64,000 bases of DNA. Origin: Zootoca vivipara (Eukaryota). Positions 49,682 to 61,177 of the stretch are shown piece after piece. The notes beneath the pieces were generated by a model. It made no database searches and was not told the origin of the DNA. It worked only from the letters and a program-made list of their open reading frames with translations. Location of the stretch: the NCBI RefSeq assembly GCF_963506605.1, contig NC_083277.1, positions 82,088,001 through 82,152,000 of the forward strand, read 5' to 3'. Numbering within the stretch: the first letter of the stretch is position 1; each line of letters begins with the position of its first letter. The translations under genes and the position numbers were made by a program.

Positions 49682-51049
49682 GTTCGCAGAACAGATAAGA
49701 CTTGCGCACCAACTTCTCTTAACACCATCGTGGGGAATCCCATCTGGTTGTAAATCAGGACAGTAAAAGTAGCGGGGAGGAATAGTCAAGACTCCTGGTT
49801 TCGAAAGGGCTTCATTGCACTTTAGGCACAACATCTGTCCCTGTTGGATCACGTCTGATGAATGTATGGGACTGCTAAACAGAGCCAGGTATTACTATGC
49901 TCTGACTAGTTAGCACCCAGCTGATGCTACAGTGTTCCCTGAGATCCTTATTGAACTTGGGATTTTCTTCATACTAAAAAGCATTTGTTCGGGCGCTCAT
50001 CTATGTCCGCTCTATGAGCATATATACTGTATGTTACACACTAACAGCGTAAAGCTATGGTTGGACTTCAGGTGGATTGCATAACGCTGCCCTTTTTCCC
50101 CCCTGGCAAAGCTCCTGCGCATTTACATGTGTGCAAAAGGCAGGCATCGAGCAGGCGATTCACCAGCTGCACGCCTACCTGCTGGTCTTGCAGCTGATAA
50201 ACGGGAGCGTGTTTTCCACGAGCAGCGTGTGTGTACGCAGCAACTGTGTATGAAGACCGCGAGTGGGCTTGCCATCTTTTGTCTCTGGCAGGAGTCGGGA
50301 CGTGAGGGACAAACATCCAGCAAGGGGTGATAAAAAGATTGACCTGTTGAACGTTTGCCTGCCGCCGTGCAGTTGTTTAAAAACACAGGAGCAAAGAAAG
50401 AAAGCCAGCAAGGGTCCTTTTTTTTTATTGTTGAAAAGATTTTTATTTATTTCAATCTTTAAAACCATACAGAGAAATCATGAATCCACCTTTACAAGTA
50501 GTAGGAAAGAAAAGAATAGAGAGGAGGGGGAGGATATTGGGACAAGACCACAACATGTCCTGCTCTATACACAAATTATCTCTTCTAAATGAGAATTACA
50601 AAAAAAGGGGGGGGAGGAAACAAAGGAGAAGGAAAGGGGGAAGAAAAAGAGAGGAAAAAAGAGAATTGCAAAATACAAATTACAAAAAGAAAAAGAAAAG
50701 AAAAGAAAAATACAAAATACAAAAGGGAAAAAAGAAAAATCTGTACATATAAAATAAAACACAAAATATAAATACCGCCACCGAAACGGCTGCGCTCCGC
50801 CAAAGCTCCGTGCTGCGAGCGTTGTTGGTGAGGCTTTTTTGGGGGTAGCGAGGGCTGCGCGACCCCAAGAAAAGTTGGAGGGGGTGACCCTCAACTGATA
50901 AACTTTCCAGCGGCGTTGGACGGGGCCCTCAGCATTCTCCAGCCAGCAGCAAGCGTCCTTTTGGTGGAGTTGTTCGCCGCATTACAATCAGAATCGCATT
51001 TTGGAGCGGAATGTCTTTGGTTCCCAATTCAATTCCCTCCTCCTGAGTC

Positions 51050-51283
51050 CAAAGGGAGAAAAGGCGGGGCAGGGGGGTAGGTGGGACCCGCGCGCGCACA
51101 TGTTACCATTGTGAGTCGAATCCGGATTACACCGCCCCCTCCTGCACCTTTGCCCCGCCCCCTCCCAGCACGCTGCACATAAAACCCGGCAGCCGCTGCG
51201 GCTTGTTCTGCTGGTGTCACGCCTCCTCCTCACTTCGAGAAGCGCTCGGCTTAGCTTTGGGACGGCAGTGCGCGGACCAGGAG
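51050..51283 (+). promoter_or_regulatory. PRDX2: PRDX2 core promoter and non-coding exon 1
   Basis: CpG-rich; GC boxes (~51064, ~51132, ~51152); TATA-like CATAAAA at 51178-51184; donor ggag|GTACGG at 51284. Confidence 0.65.
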
Positions 51284-52165
51284 GTACGGAGGGAGCGAGC
51301 GAGGGGTGGGCGCCTCGCGGGCATTTCTGGAGCTTTTGCAGCGCTTGTGCATGGAGACAAATGCGGGCGCGTTGCTCGGGGTTTGCAATTCGAGCCTGGC
51401 GAGGCCTGCTATGGGGTGGGGGCCTGCAGCGCTTTCTCTCCCCTCCAGCCTAGCAGGTTCGAAGGGTCGTCATTTTCTGGGGTCTAAATGTGGAGGCGAA
51501 GCCCTTCTGGAGGCTTGCAATCCGTGCATCTTCCTCGTGTCTTCCAAAGGCGTAATATTGGGGAGGCCCGGGGGGCATCTGCATTGGAATAAAGTGGACT
51601 GGAAGCTGCGCTGCTCCTTGGTTCTCCTCTAGTCCTCTTGCCCCAAAGCAGAGAGGAGGCGGTGTGAATGCTGCCCATTGTGTACTCGGCAATCGAGTCA
51701 TAGGGATCTCCTTTGTGTTCTGAGCGGTACAGGGAGGGGGCTGGAAGCAGTACGGCTGCCTTGCATTGTCACTGGAATTCAACTCTAGGGGTCGATCTTG
51801 GCTTCCTCTAACTCTCCTCCTTCCCCCGCCCCCAACCCTGGAAAGCGGTGAGGCTTTCCAGTCTCTTCTCAGCTTGCATAGCGCTCCTAGTCTACTCGAG
51901 TGAAAATTCGTGAAATGGAGCCAGTGACTAAGTGCTCTTGCTTTAAAAATTGGGTCATGGAAACTGCTTTTTAAACAGCCCTTTAGTGTGGATAGAGGTG
52001 ACGACAGTGCAATAAGTTTAAGCTCTAATTCTTACTAGAGGGGGGAACTAGACAAATGGAGTGAGATCTTTGTGCTTTTGTTTCAAGTAGTGTATGTAGC
52101 AGCGGGAAGATGTATTGTTTGCAGAACTTGCACAGAAGTAAACCTACCAAGTAGTGCTTCTAGGA

Positions 52166-52301
52166 CAGGCATGTCAAACCTGCGGCCCTCCAGATGTTTT
52201 GGACTACAGTTCCCATCTTCCCCAACCACTGGTCCTGCTAGCTAGGGATCATGGGAGTTGTAGGCCAAAACATCTGGAGGGCCGCAGGTTTGACATGCCT
52301 G
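52166..52301. mobile_element. 136-bp hAT MITE in PRDX2 intron 1
   Basis: CAGGCATGTCAAACC...GGTTTGACATGCCTG TIRs; 8-bp TSD TTCTAGGA (52158-52165 and 52302-52309). Confidence 0.9.
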
Positions 52302-53194
52302 TTCTAGGATGTTCTCACCTGTGCCGAGGTAACAATGCCTCTAAATTTCAGTCGGTTACCATTTTTTTGGTTCCTAAAAACGATAAGCTGTCCACAATAT
52401 CAAATATACAGTATATGAAAAATGCAGTTAAAAACACTGGAAGATGAGCAACGGACAGTTTTAAAAATGGTTTTGTAAGGTTTGGGTAAATATAAAGGTT
52501 TTAAGCATGATTATGAAATAATAGATTGTTGGAGCATGCCTTACCTAAAGTGTAATGAATGCCACCATTTTTGCCATTGTGGAGGTTGTTCTATTGTCCT
52601 AGCTAATGTTAATATACGAGGTAAAGAAGTCACACACAGTTTTCAAGCAAAGACTGACCCAGAGAAGCAAATCAAAGTGTGCTTTTGACATGCTGCATAT
52701 GGCTTTATGCTGGGACATTTTATCACTCCAATAGGCACCTGTATTCAGCTTGGGGTGGAAAAATACCTCCCGCCACTGTCCGTTTTTTGTTTAAGAATTA
52801 AAGAATCAAATATATGGTAATATAAGTCCCACATAACTTTTAGCCGCTTTCTTCAGTTTTTGCTTGAACTGTAATCTTCTCCTGTCACATGTCTTTCGGA
52901 CATTCCATCATCCCAAGTTACTTTGGAAGTCAGCCTGGCATAGAAAACTATCCCAACTGCCTGCACTAGTAGCAAGAGATCCTTATTAAGCAAACAATGG
53001 CTTGGCATTGTCCTTATACACAACTCCACTCATTCTAAGCCAAAGACACTAATCACCAAATTCAAGGCTGGGTACCCATACTGTAACATCTTATGCTTGG
53101 CCCAGGAAACGCTGAGAAAGCCTTTTAGCTTCTGCAAAAACTCTTGTTTTGTCTTACCACCACCACCACATGCAAGACAAGACTGTAGCAGAGG

Positions 53195-53520
53195 TAGTGT
53201 AACTTTTTTTCATATGTGGTGGACATGTAAAAAAGTTAAAGAATATTGGGAAATGACTTATGATAAGTTGAAAATATTGTTTAAAGCAACATTCCCAAAA
53301 AGACCAGAGGCCTTTCTGTCAGGAATAGTTCAGACTGAAGTTTCCAGCTGTCAGAAAAAAATGATTTATGTATGCAACAACGGCTTGAGTTTTATTAGCT
53401 CAGAGATGGAAGGTGAGGGAGGTCCCAAGTAAGGAGGACTAGCAACTTAAGATGATAGAATTTGCAGAACTAGCAGGTTTAACATCTAGAATAAGAGAGC
53501 AAGAAGAGAATCTTTTTAAA
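53195..53520 (+). mobile_element. L1/Tx1-clade LINE ORF2 C-terminal fragment
   Basis: TFFHMWWTCKKVKEYWE...PEAFLSGI, zinc-knuckle-region motif. Confidence 0.7.
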
Positions 53521-55749
53521 GAGTGACCCATGAGTGACCTTTCCTTTCTCCTCTGTCACATACCACCAGAACAATGGCAAATGTATGCACTAGTTCAAAA
53601 TGCACTGTATTCTGCTGGCTTCACTCCAGAAACTAGCAAGCAGTGTTTGTGATGTCCGGAGCAGCAGACCATCATCACATAGTTAATTCACTGTCATTAA
53701 CCATAGCCTGCTCATGTTTGCCAAAGCATTTTGTAATAGGGCTATCTTCCTAAACGTGGAGCTTACTGGTAAGTGTGCCACCCAACAGCTACCAGCTCCT
53801 TATCAGGAAGGTATTATGTTGCCCAGTTTGTGTTTGGGGCACACTTCTGGAAGGGAAGTATTTGTCAGCCAGAGCTACCATAGGGCCCATCAGCTACCAA
53901 GTGGAACATGGTGGGTGAGAGTCATGGGCTAACGTAGTAGATGCATCTCTCCCCCACCCCGTATCTCCAGCAACAGATGGCACCAGCTTTTCTGTACTTG
54001 ACCAGGCCCTGGCAGATGCCTCAGTATCTGAAGAGCCTTTCAGTGGATGAACATTACTTTAATGGCTCTGTTCAGACACTATGAATAAACCCAGGGCTAG
54101 GGAACTTGTGACTCTCCAGTGTCTCCCATCATCCCCTGAGTATTGGTTGTGTTGGGTGAAGTTTATCTTTCTGAAGTCAGAATACCAATTGTGGCCTTTT
54201 TGAAGATTCAGCAGTTGGCTTATTAAATTGTGCAGGAGTAAGTAGCCAAGCAGGCTCTGGCAGGAACAATATGAAGCTTGGAATAGTAAGATGCAAACAT
54301 CCCATCTCCTTTCTGCCATGCATTCAGCATAATAAAAGGGCACTTGTCTTCTGATGAATTTGAATTGTAAACTACTTTGGGAGCCAGTCTTACCTTGCAA
54401 GTGGGATATAAGTATGTTCAGCTTCAGCTTCTATTGGTTGCAGAGACAGCACCAAGAATATAGTGAGCTGACCCAAATTACAATGCTAGGAGAATGAGCT
54501 ATTTATCTGCTCCTCAAGCCTTTTCCCTTTCTTTCTCTGCTAGAGCTGGTTTTAGATAGTTTTCCACAGCGGTGGCAGCTTGCTTCTACCTGAGCCAGAG
54601 AATACTTAATTAAGTACTACTTAATTAATAGATTAGTGCCTATCCTTATCTGTCACCATTGTAGTTATGAATGACAGAGACTTAATCTCCTGGTTATGTT
54701 GTCAAGTATCTGTTGCGTTTGCTTCCAGATTTGGCCTTTCATAACCTAGTATTAAACTTCATGTTCATACATGCAGCTTCTTGAAAGGAACTCAGGTTTG
54801 ATTCTATACATGCTACATCTAAATGCCAGGGTTGTTGGTTTTTATGCCAAAAAGCAGGCAGAGCTTTGAAGTAGTTATGAAATATTGAGGCTTCGCTTAT
54901 GCAAAAAGGGGCCAAACCCAAATTGGCAAGGTTTAACATGAAGGGGTGTAATGGGGCAAATTCTTTATAAAGAGAGCCTCTTATGGGGTGGGGGTGGAGA
55001 CAGGGCTGGCCCCACACAGGAGGCAAGGTGAAGCAGCCATCTTGGGTGGTGGAAGCCCCTGAGGGGGTGCCTCGGTGGGTGCCCCACTGACAGAAAATCA
55101 GAGCTGATTTCCAGCAGGATTCTAGAGCCAAGCAATAAGCAGTGTTCAAAAGTACTGTACACAGCGGACTACCACCTCATGTTTTTATGTAATGGATTAG
55201 TGAAACTGCTTGTCGAGTTCCAAGGTGATAGTGCACATGGTAATTGAAATGCATTGAAGGTGGTAAAATTTCAATTAGCCAAGAAGTTGTCTGGGAGCAC
55301 TTGCTCACGCCTAGCTAAAATGGAATGAGGCTAATAAAATATCCTGCTGAACCAAGAGGCCACTGACTCAAACCGCCTGCAGTCTTCCTCAAAGGAATGA
55401 GGGTGCAAGACTCCCTGATCTTGCATTCCTCAGGGATTGCCTTGAGTCACTCTCCACAGTTGTAATCCTTTACAACTCATGTGACTGGGGCTCTGTACAG
55501 CACTATGCAGAACTGGAAGGGGCTTATTGTTCCTTCTGAAGTGCATCTTAATTTTTTTGGGCACTACAAAAGGTGGGCTTGATGTTGGGGAAGAGTTGTA
55601 AGCAAAAACAGAGCTGCCTTGTTTAAAATCCTTCAGAAGGCAAGAAAATGCCTGTCCTGGGATATGTACTCAGTAGCAGACCTCTTACTTCAGAGGCTCA
55701 ATTTGGTTGCCTACCTAAGCCTTTACACTGTTTGATATTTCAGAAAGAA

Positions 55750-55852
55750 ATGGCTTCCGGTAAAGCTCATATTGGTAAGCCAGTTCCAGACTTCCAGGCC
55801 ACGGCAGTAGTGGATGGAGCCATTAAGGAAATAAAGTTGTCGGACTACAAAG
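55750..55852 (+). CDS. PRDX2: Peroxiredoxin-2, coding exon 1
   Basis: 103 nt, [34 protein letters not shown](G); acceptor ends at 55743. Confidence 0.95.
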
Positions 55853-56168
55853 GTAAGAGACAGTACCACTTTCAGTTGTTTTAAACAACATTTTCAGTGA
55901 GTCTTAATGTCGTAAGGTGCCTTAAGCTCATGAATATGCAGGACATAAATACCCTAGTTAAAGTTTCCTAGACCCACCTTGATAAGAGTGGCTGGGTATG
56001 GATCACTTAAGCGCCAAGAAAGAGGATCTTACATTCTCCGTCAGTTTATCAAGAGGTAATCACAGTCCCCAGGCACTGAATCAGATTGCTGGGGGGATCA
56101 TGGTGTGTAGTGCAAATACTATATTTTGTTAGCAGGCGCAGATAATGGACCATGGGTTTGCCATATCC

Positions 56169-56797
56169 CAGTGATGGGCAACCTTTTGAGCTTGGTGTGT
56201 CAAAATTCGCCAAAAAACCGAGCATAACTCGGGTGGTGTGTCACTTCGAGAAAAAAACCATAATTTCACAATACTGTATTTATAGTTTAAATAACAAAAA
56301 TCTATAATTGTAATATATAACTGTATTTAATAAACCAAAAACTAATTATTTAACCAAACCAAAAACCCCTTATTTATCACAAAGTGCCCAGAGTTGTTGA
56401 GCTTTTTGGGGGTAGCTGCTGACCAAAGTTTTGGAGGTTTTTTTGGGGGGGCGCAAAAGTTGGTTTGCTTTTTTGGAGGGGATGCCCAAAAGCTGCTGCG
56501 CTTTTTGGGGGGGAAAGAGAACAGAAATAAATACGAATAATACCTTCGTTGGAACTAACACGCAGCACCGACATAGTCTGCCAAAGTGCCCAAAAAACCA
56601 GCACAGAACGGGTTAAAAAACCAATCTCTGGCTACCAGCAACAACAACAACAAAAAATGGATCCAGGTTTTAACAGTGGAGACAAGCTGTAGGAGGAGCT
56701 GGAGAACAAAAGGGGGGGCAACAACAACTGCGTGAATGGGCCGATGGGGCGCGTGCCAGCAGTGAGGGCTCTGCGTGTCATAGGTTCACCATCACTG
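56169..56797. mobile_element. 629-bp non-autonomous hAT transposon
   Basis: TIRs CAGTGATGGGCAACCT / CAGTGATGGTGAACCT (reverse complement); perfect 8-bp TSD CCATATCC (56161-56168 and 56798-56805). Confidence 0.9.
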
Positions 56798-56971
56798 CCA
56801 TATCCCAAAGGAAGGATGAATGTTGTTGTGGTCAAGGCATGACATTCATTTTGAGTACATTGTGCTGATGCCTTCAGGTGTTGTCTCCTTCCCTAAACTT
56901 CAGATAGTAGCCAGGCAAGGTTTATGGCTCAAAATATTCTGCTGCTGATGGCTTTTCCCCTCTCTACACAG

Positions 56972-57125
56972 GCAAATATGTGGTTCTCTTCTTCTACCCC
57001 CTGGATTTCACCTTCGTCTGTCCCACAGAGATCATAGCTTTCAGTGATCGAGTTGAGGAGTTCCGCAAGATCAACTGTGAGGTTATTGCTGCCTCTGTTG
57101 ACTCTCAGTTCACCCATTTGGCCTG
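56972..57125 (+). CDS. PRDX2: PRDX2 coding exon 2 (peroxidatic Cys51)
   Basis: 154 nt, [50 protein letters not shown](W). Confidence 0.97.
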
Positions 57126-57895
57126 GTGAGTCTCCTGGTGTTCAGGATCTAGCACAAGGTCTCCATCCATGCTAGAAAGTACTGTGAAGGCTTATGGTTG
57201 TGTTGCCTGCTTAGCTGTAGGAAACTGAGTGACAGGAATAACAGCACATCCCTGTTTTTTGTGTTGCTTGGGAAGAGGGTTAGAATTGACACATCATTAA
57301 GAATGTTCTAGGGATCTGACACTGGGAGGGAGCCAAGCAGAAGTTAACTGACAGAAGGGTGTGGAGGTTCCCCACCAGCCTTATCTAGCCAAACCTGGCT
57401 GCTGTTAGTTTTATCAGCCACCTCAGTAGACTTAACTGCAGTTGTGTTCAGAGTTGATTTGAGCTCCTAAATAGGTGTAAAGAACATTTCACTCTTCTGT
57501 GGGTCAGAGAATCCGACTATATCTAATTGGAGAATATCTCCAGTTTGCCTTCAGAATTAGGTTTCTGGTGAGGAAGAAGATGCTTGCCCAGTTTTTAGAC
57601 CCAGCTTTGGTCTGGGAGCCCCATGTCAAGTTTGGAACAAAAAGCTAGGGACAATCTATTCCATGTGAAATATTTGGTTCAACCATTTCTAAATAGTAAA
57701 TGGCTAGAGTAGTAGCTTGCAGATGTTCAAGATGGGAGGGTGGGAGATATGGGGCCCTCCAGTTGTTGGACTCCCAACTCCCATCAGCCCTTGCCCACCA
57801 TAGCCAATGATTAGGGTTGAGGTGGACATTGGTTCACAGGTTCTCTACCTCTGCTCTAAATGATATTGCAGATGTTAATGGTCATTTCCCTGCAG

Positions 57896-58018
57896 GATCA
57901 ATACAGCAAGAAAGGAAGGGGGCTTGGGATCTGCAAATATTCCGCTTGTGGCAGACATCAACCACAATATTTGCAGGGACTATGGAGTGCTCAAGGAGGA
58001 GGATGGCATTGCATACAG
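57896..58018 (+). CDS. PRDX2: PRDX2 coding exon 3 (GGLG motif)
   Basis: 123 nt, [40 protein letters not shown](R). Confidence 0.96.
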
Positions 58019-58889
58019 GTATGGAGATCTTGAGGTCTAACCTTAATTCTAGGTGACGGTTCAAAGGGCCTGTGGCTGGTGGCATCTTGGCAAATGGCAT
58101 CTTGGCGTTCACTAACAAAGCCTCAACATGGCTGACTCAAGTACCACTTAGCTCCTCTCTCCAGTGCTGCAACATAGGGGTAGCTAACCTGGGAGTCTCC
58201 AGGTGTTACTGAACTAGAGCTGCCAGCTGCAGCCAGCATGGCCAATGGTCAGGAATGATGGAAGCTGCAAAATTCAGCATCTGGAGAACAACAGATTAGT
58301 TCCGCCTGCTCTTAAGTCTTGTGATCTGTTGAAGAGGTTAGTCATCCCTGATGCTGCTGGACTGTTCAATCCTTTGTTCATCAGCTTGGTCCCACCCATC
58401 AAGTCCATGTACGTAATCCAAATGGTAATAACCTGGCTGGAATATAAAAAGCTATTAACACTAGCTAGGTCCTAGAACCCTGGGCCTTGGATGTATGGAC
58501 TTGGACTTCAGAGAATTAGTAGCTGTAGCTGGAACTTAAATTGAGTCTGTCTCTGCTTTTGCCCCAACCTCTTTTAGTTGATCTCTCTTAATTTGGAGTA
58601 AGGTATCTGCATAGGCATAGATTCAGAATTCCCCCACACTTAACTTTGACCCTGGTACTGCTGATGAAGGCAGTAAAAGCGCCACATAGATTCCAGGAGC
58701 TTCCAATACTGGGTAGAATTCCCCTTGTTTGCTCTTGTCCTGTCTCTCTACTAAGGCTACATACACACCATACCTTTTAAAGCACCTTCTCCAAAGAACC
58801 CTGGCAATTGTAGCTTGCCCCTCACCGAACTACAGTTCCTTGTACCATTAAACTATAGTTCCCAGGATTCTTTGGGGGAAGGCATGTGC

Positions 58890-59395
58890 ATCTTAGGCTT
58901 CATATATATTGTAAATGGTTCCCATTCTCTTTTAAAGTCTTCATTGTCCTTTTCATGTAGTTTATCTGTTAGTTTTGCCAGTTCTGCATATTCCATAAGT
59001 TTTCCTTGCATTGTTCTTTTATTGGTATTTCTTCTGTCTTCCAAGCTTGTGCTAATATAATTCTTGCTGCTGTTGTCGCATACATAATTTCCAGTTTTCC
59101 TTTTTTTATATCTTGATCTAAAATTCCTAGGAGGAATGCTTCTGGTTTTTTTTTTAACAAAAGTCTTTTTAAACATTTTACAATTCATTATATATCATTT
59201 CCCAATAATTTCTAATCTTTTTGCATTCCCACCACATATGATAAAATGTGCCGTCTTTTTCTTTACATTTCCAACAAGTTTTTGATCCCTTTTTTAAAAT
59301 ACATTTTAGCTACTTTCTCTGGTGTAATATACCATCTATATATAATTTTCATGTAATTCTCTTTCAATAAGATACAATCTGTAAATTTTATATGA
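58890..59395 (-). mobile_element. L1/Tx1-clade LINE ORF2 C-terminal fragment
   Basis: Minus strand reads CWKCKEKDGTFYHMWWECKK...KPEAFLLGIL...YATTAARIILAQAWK; same type as 53195-53520. Confidence 0.75.
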
Positions 59396-59452
59396 AGAGA
59401 CAACATAAAGAACTGGACTCATTGGCAGGATTTGAGTAAACAATCACAATTG

Positions 59453-59456
<4 letters not shown>

Positions 59457-59503
<47 letters not shown>
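59457..59503. repeat. (AAT)n microsatellite
   Basis: Directly visible. Confidence 0.95.
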
Positions 59504-59508
<5 letters not shown>

Positions 59509-59811
59509 GATTATTGGGAAATTTTGGGGGAAACAATACGCAGGGTGAACAATATGTAAATAAAACAAAATGGGAGTATGAGGGAAGTCCAGGGGAGGGG
59601 ATAGGAAAATACGGAAAACTGTAAGAAAAATATTGTTAGAGGATGTATATACGGAAAAAACCAATAAAAATATTTTTTAAAATAAGTGCATCTTAGGCTG
59701 TGTACACACACCGTACAAGCTTGAATCCTCTCATTTATATGTGTGTGTGTATGCACGCACGCACACACTCTTAATTGCCCTTCTTTCTCCCCCCTCCCCA
59801 CAACTCTCCAG

Positions 59812-59942
59812 AGGCCTGTTCATAATTGATGACAAAGGCATCCTGCGTCAGATCACAGTGAATGACCTACCTGTGGGGCGTTCTGTGGATGAGACACTTC
59901 GCCTGGTACAGGCTTTCCAGTTCACAGACCAGCATGGTGAAG
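59812..59942 (+). CDS. PRDX2: PRDX2 coding exon 4
   Basis: 131 nt, [43 protein letters not shown]. Confidence 0.97.
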
Positions 59943-60710
59943 GTAAGGGGTGGGGATTGGGATAATGGAGCTAACACAGAAGGGTGGTTCCAGTATTGCT
60001 TTAGCAATTGTGGCTGTTACCTCTTTGTGGGCCAAGGAAGGGCCTATCTCTGCCCATGGACAGTGCATAACAGCTTCCAAAACACCTTTGTAGCAAATGG
60101 TGTCCTATATGAAGTTGGGAGGATGTACTGCTAGCAACATTTCTTAGAGCCTTCCTTGGCGCAGTTCATGCCATATCCTGTCATGCCCACCATCTTCAGC
60201 ATCACAGAAGTGTGGCCTGGTGCAAAGTAGACCCAAGACAACCTCATGCAGCTCTTAATAACGCAAGAGCCCTGCTGGTTCAGTCCATTTGCCCATCTAG
60301 TCCGGCATCCTGTTCCCACAGTGGCCAGCCAGATGCCCATGGGAAGGCTGCAAGCACTCACTTCACTTGTGAGTCCCAGAAAGTGGTACGTGGAGATATA
60401 CTGCCTCCAGCATAGCCATATAGGGAAGCTTTTAATGTTTAACAGACCATTGTATTTTAATATTTTGTTGGAGGCCGCCCAGAGTGGCTGGGGAAACCCA
60501 GCCAGATGGGCGGGGTATAAATAAATTATTATTTATTAGCCAGTGACAGCTGTCCTCCTGAACATATGCAAACACACTAGTCTCCTGTTATGGACCATGA
60601 AACCCCAAAAGGAGCATACTGGGATGGGAGAAGCTGTAGCATTTCCCCCCCTCTCCTGTGCCTTTTCTTTTTAAAAGAAAAACGGTGTGCGTATTCACTA
60701 TGTTGTTACA

Positions 60711-60898
60711 AAATTTAAAAATTCCTTCAGTAGCACCTTAAAGACCAACTAAGTTTTCTTCAGTGTATCTGAAGAAGTGTGCATGCACACGAAAGCTCAT
60801 ACCAAAATAAAAACTCAGTTGGTCTTTAAGGTGCTACTGAAGGAATTTTTAAATTTTGTTTCGACTCAGACCAACACGGCTACCTACCTGTAACTAGA
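60711..60898 (+). mobile_element. Short Penelope-like element insertion with inverted arms
   Basis: Inverted repeat acaaaatttaaaaattccttcagtagcaccttaaagaccaact / agttggtctttaaggtgctactgaaggaatttttaaattttgt; 14-bp direct repeat ACTATGTTGTTACA at 60697-60710 and 60899-60912; contains a hammerhead motif typical of Penelope pLTRs. Confidence 0.7.
60765..60802 (+). ncRNA. Minimal type I hammerhead ribozyme motif
   Basis: GUAU-CUGAAGA-A-GUGUGC.AU.GCACAC-GAAA-GC-UC^AUAC: stem I GUAU/AUAC, self-complementary stem II, conserved core boxes, 1-bp palindromic (AGCU) helix III. Confidence 0.7.
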
Positions 60899-61177
60899 AC
60901 TATGTTGTTACAGTAAGTGCCACTTTTAACATTTGGAAGAAAATGTGCTGGTACTGCATACCCTTGAGTATCTCCAGGAAAAAAAGGCACTGCTCCAATC
61001 TAGATTGTGCTTGTTGGTGGAGTAAGTTCTGACTTTTTAATATGTGATGTCTCCAAAGCTTCCTTCTACTGCTTCTGGGGGTACCTTGTAGCCCTAAGCT
61101 TGCTCCATGTGGACCCTATGTGCTTTGAGTGCTGTTTGACATATTCTAACCCCACACTTCTGTACATTTTGCTACAG

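Noticed and set aside
49585-49743. N-terminal extension of RNASEH2A (MGFPTMV...)
   Set aside because: It runs through promoter motifs; the ATG at 49584 matches the conserved MDLS start and gives the expected 127-nt first coding exon.
58655-58690. Second hammerhead candidate (ctgatgaaggcag...)
   Set aside because: No properly placed GAAA box or closing stems.
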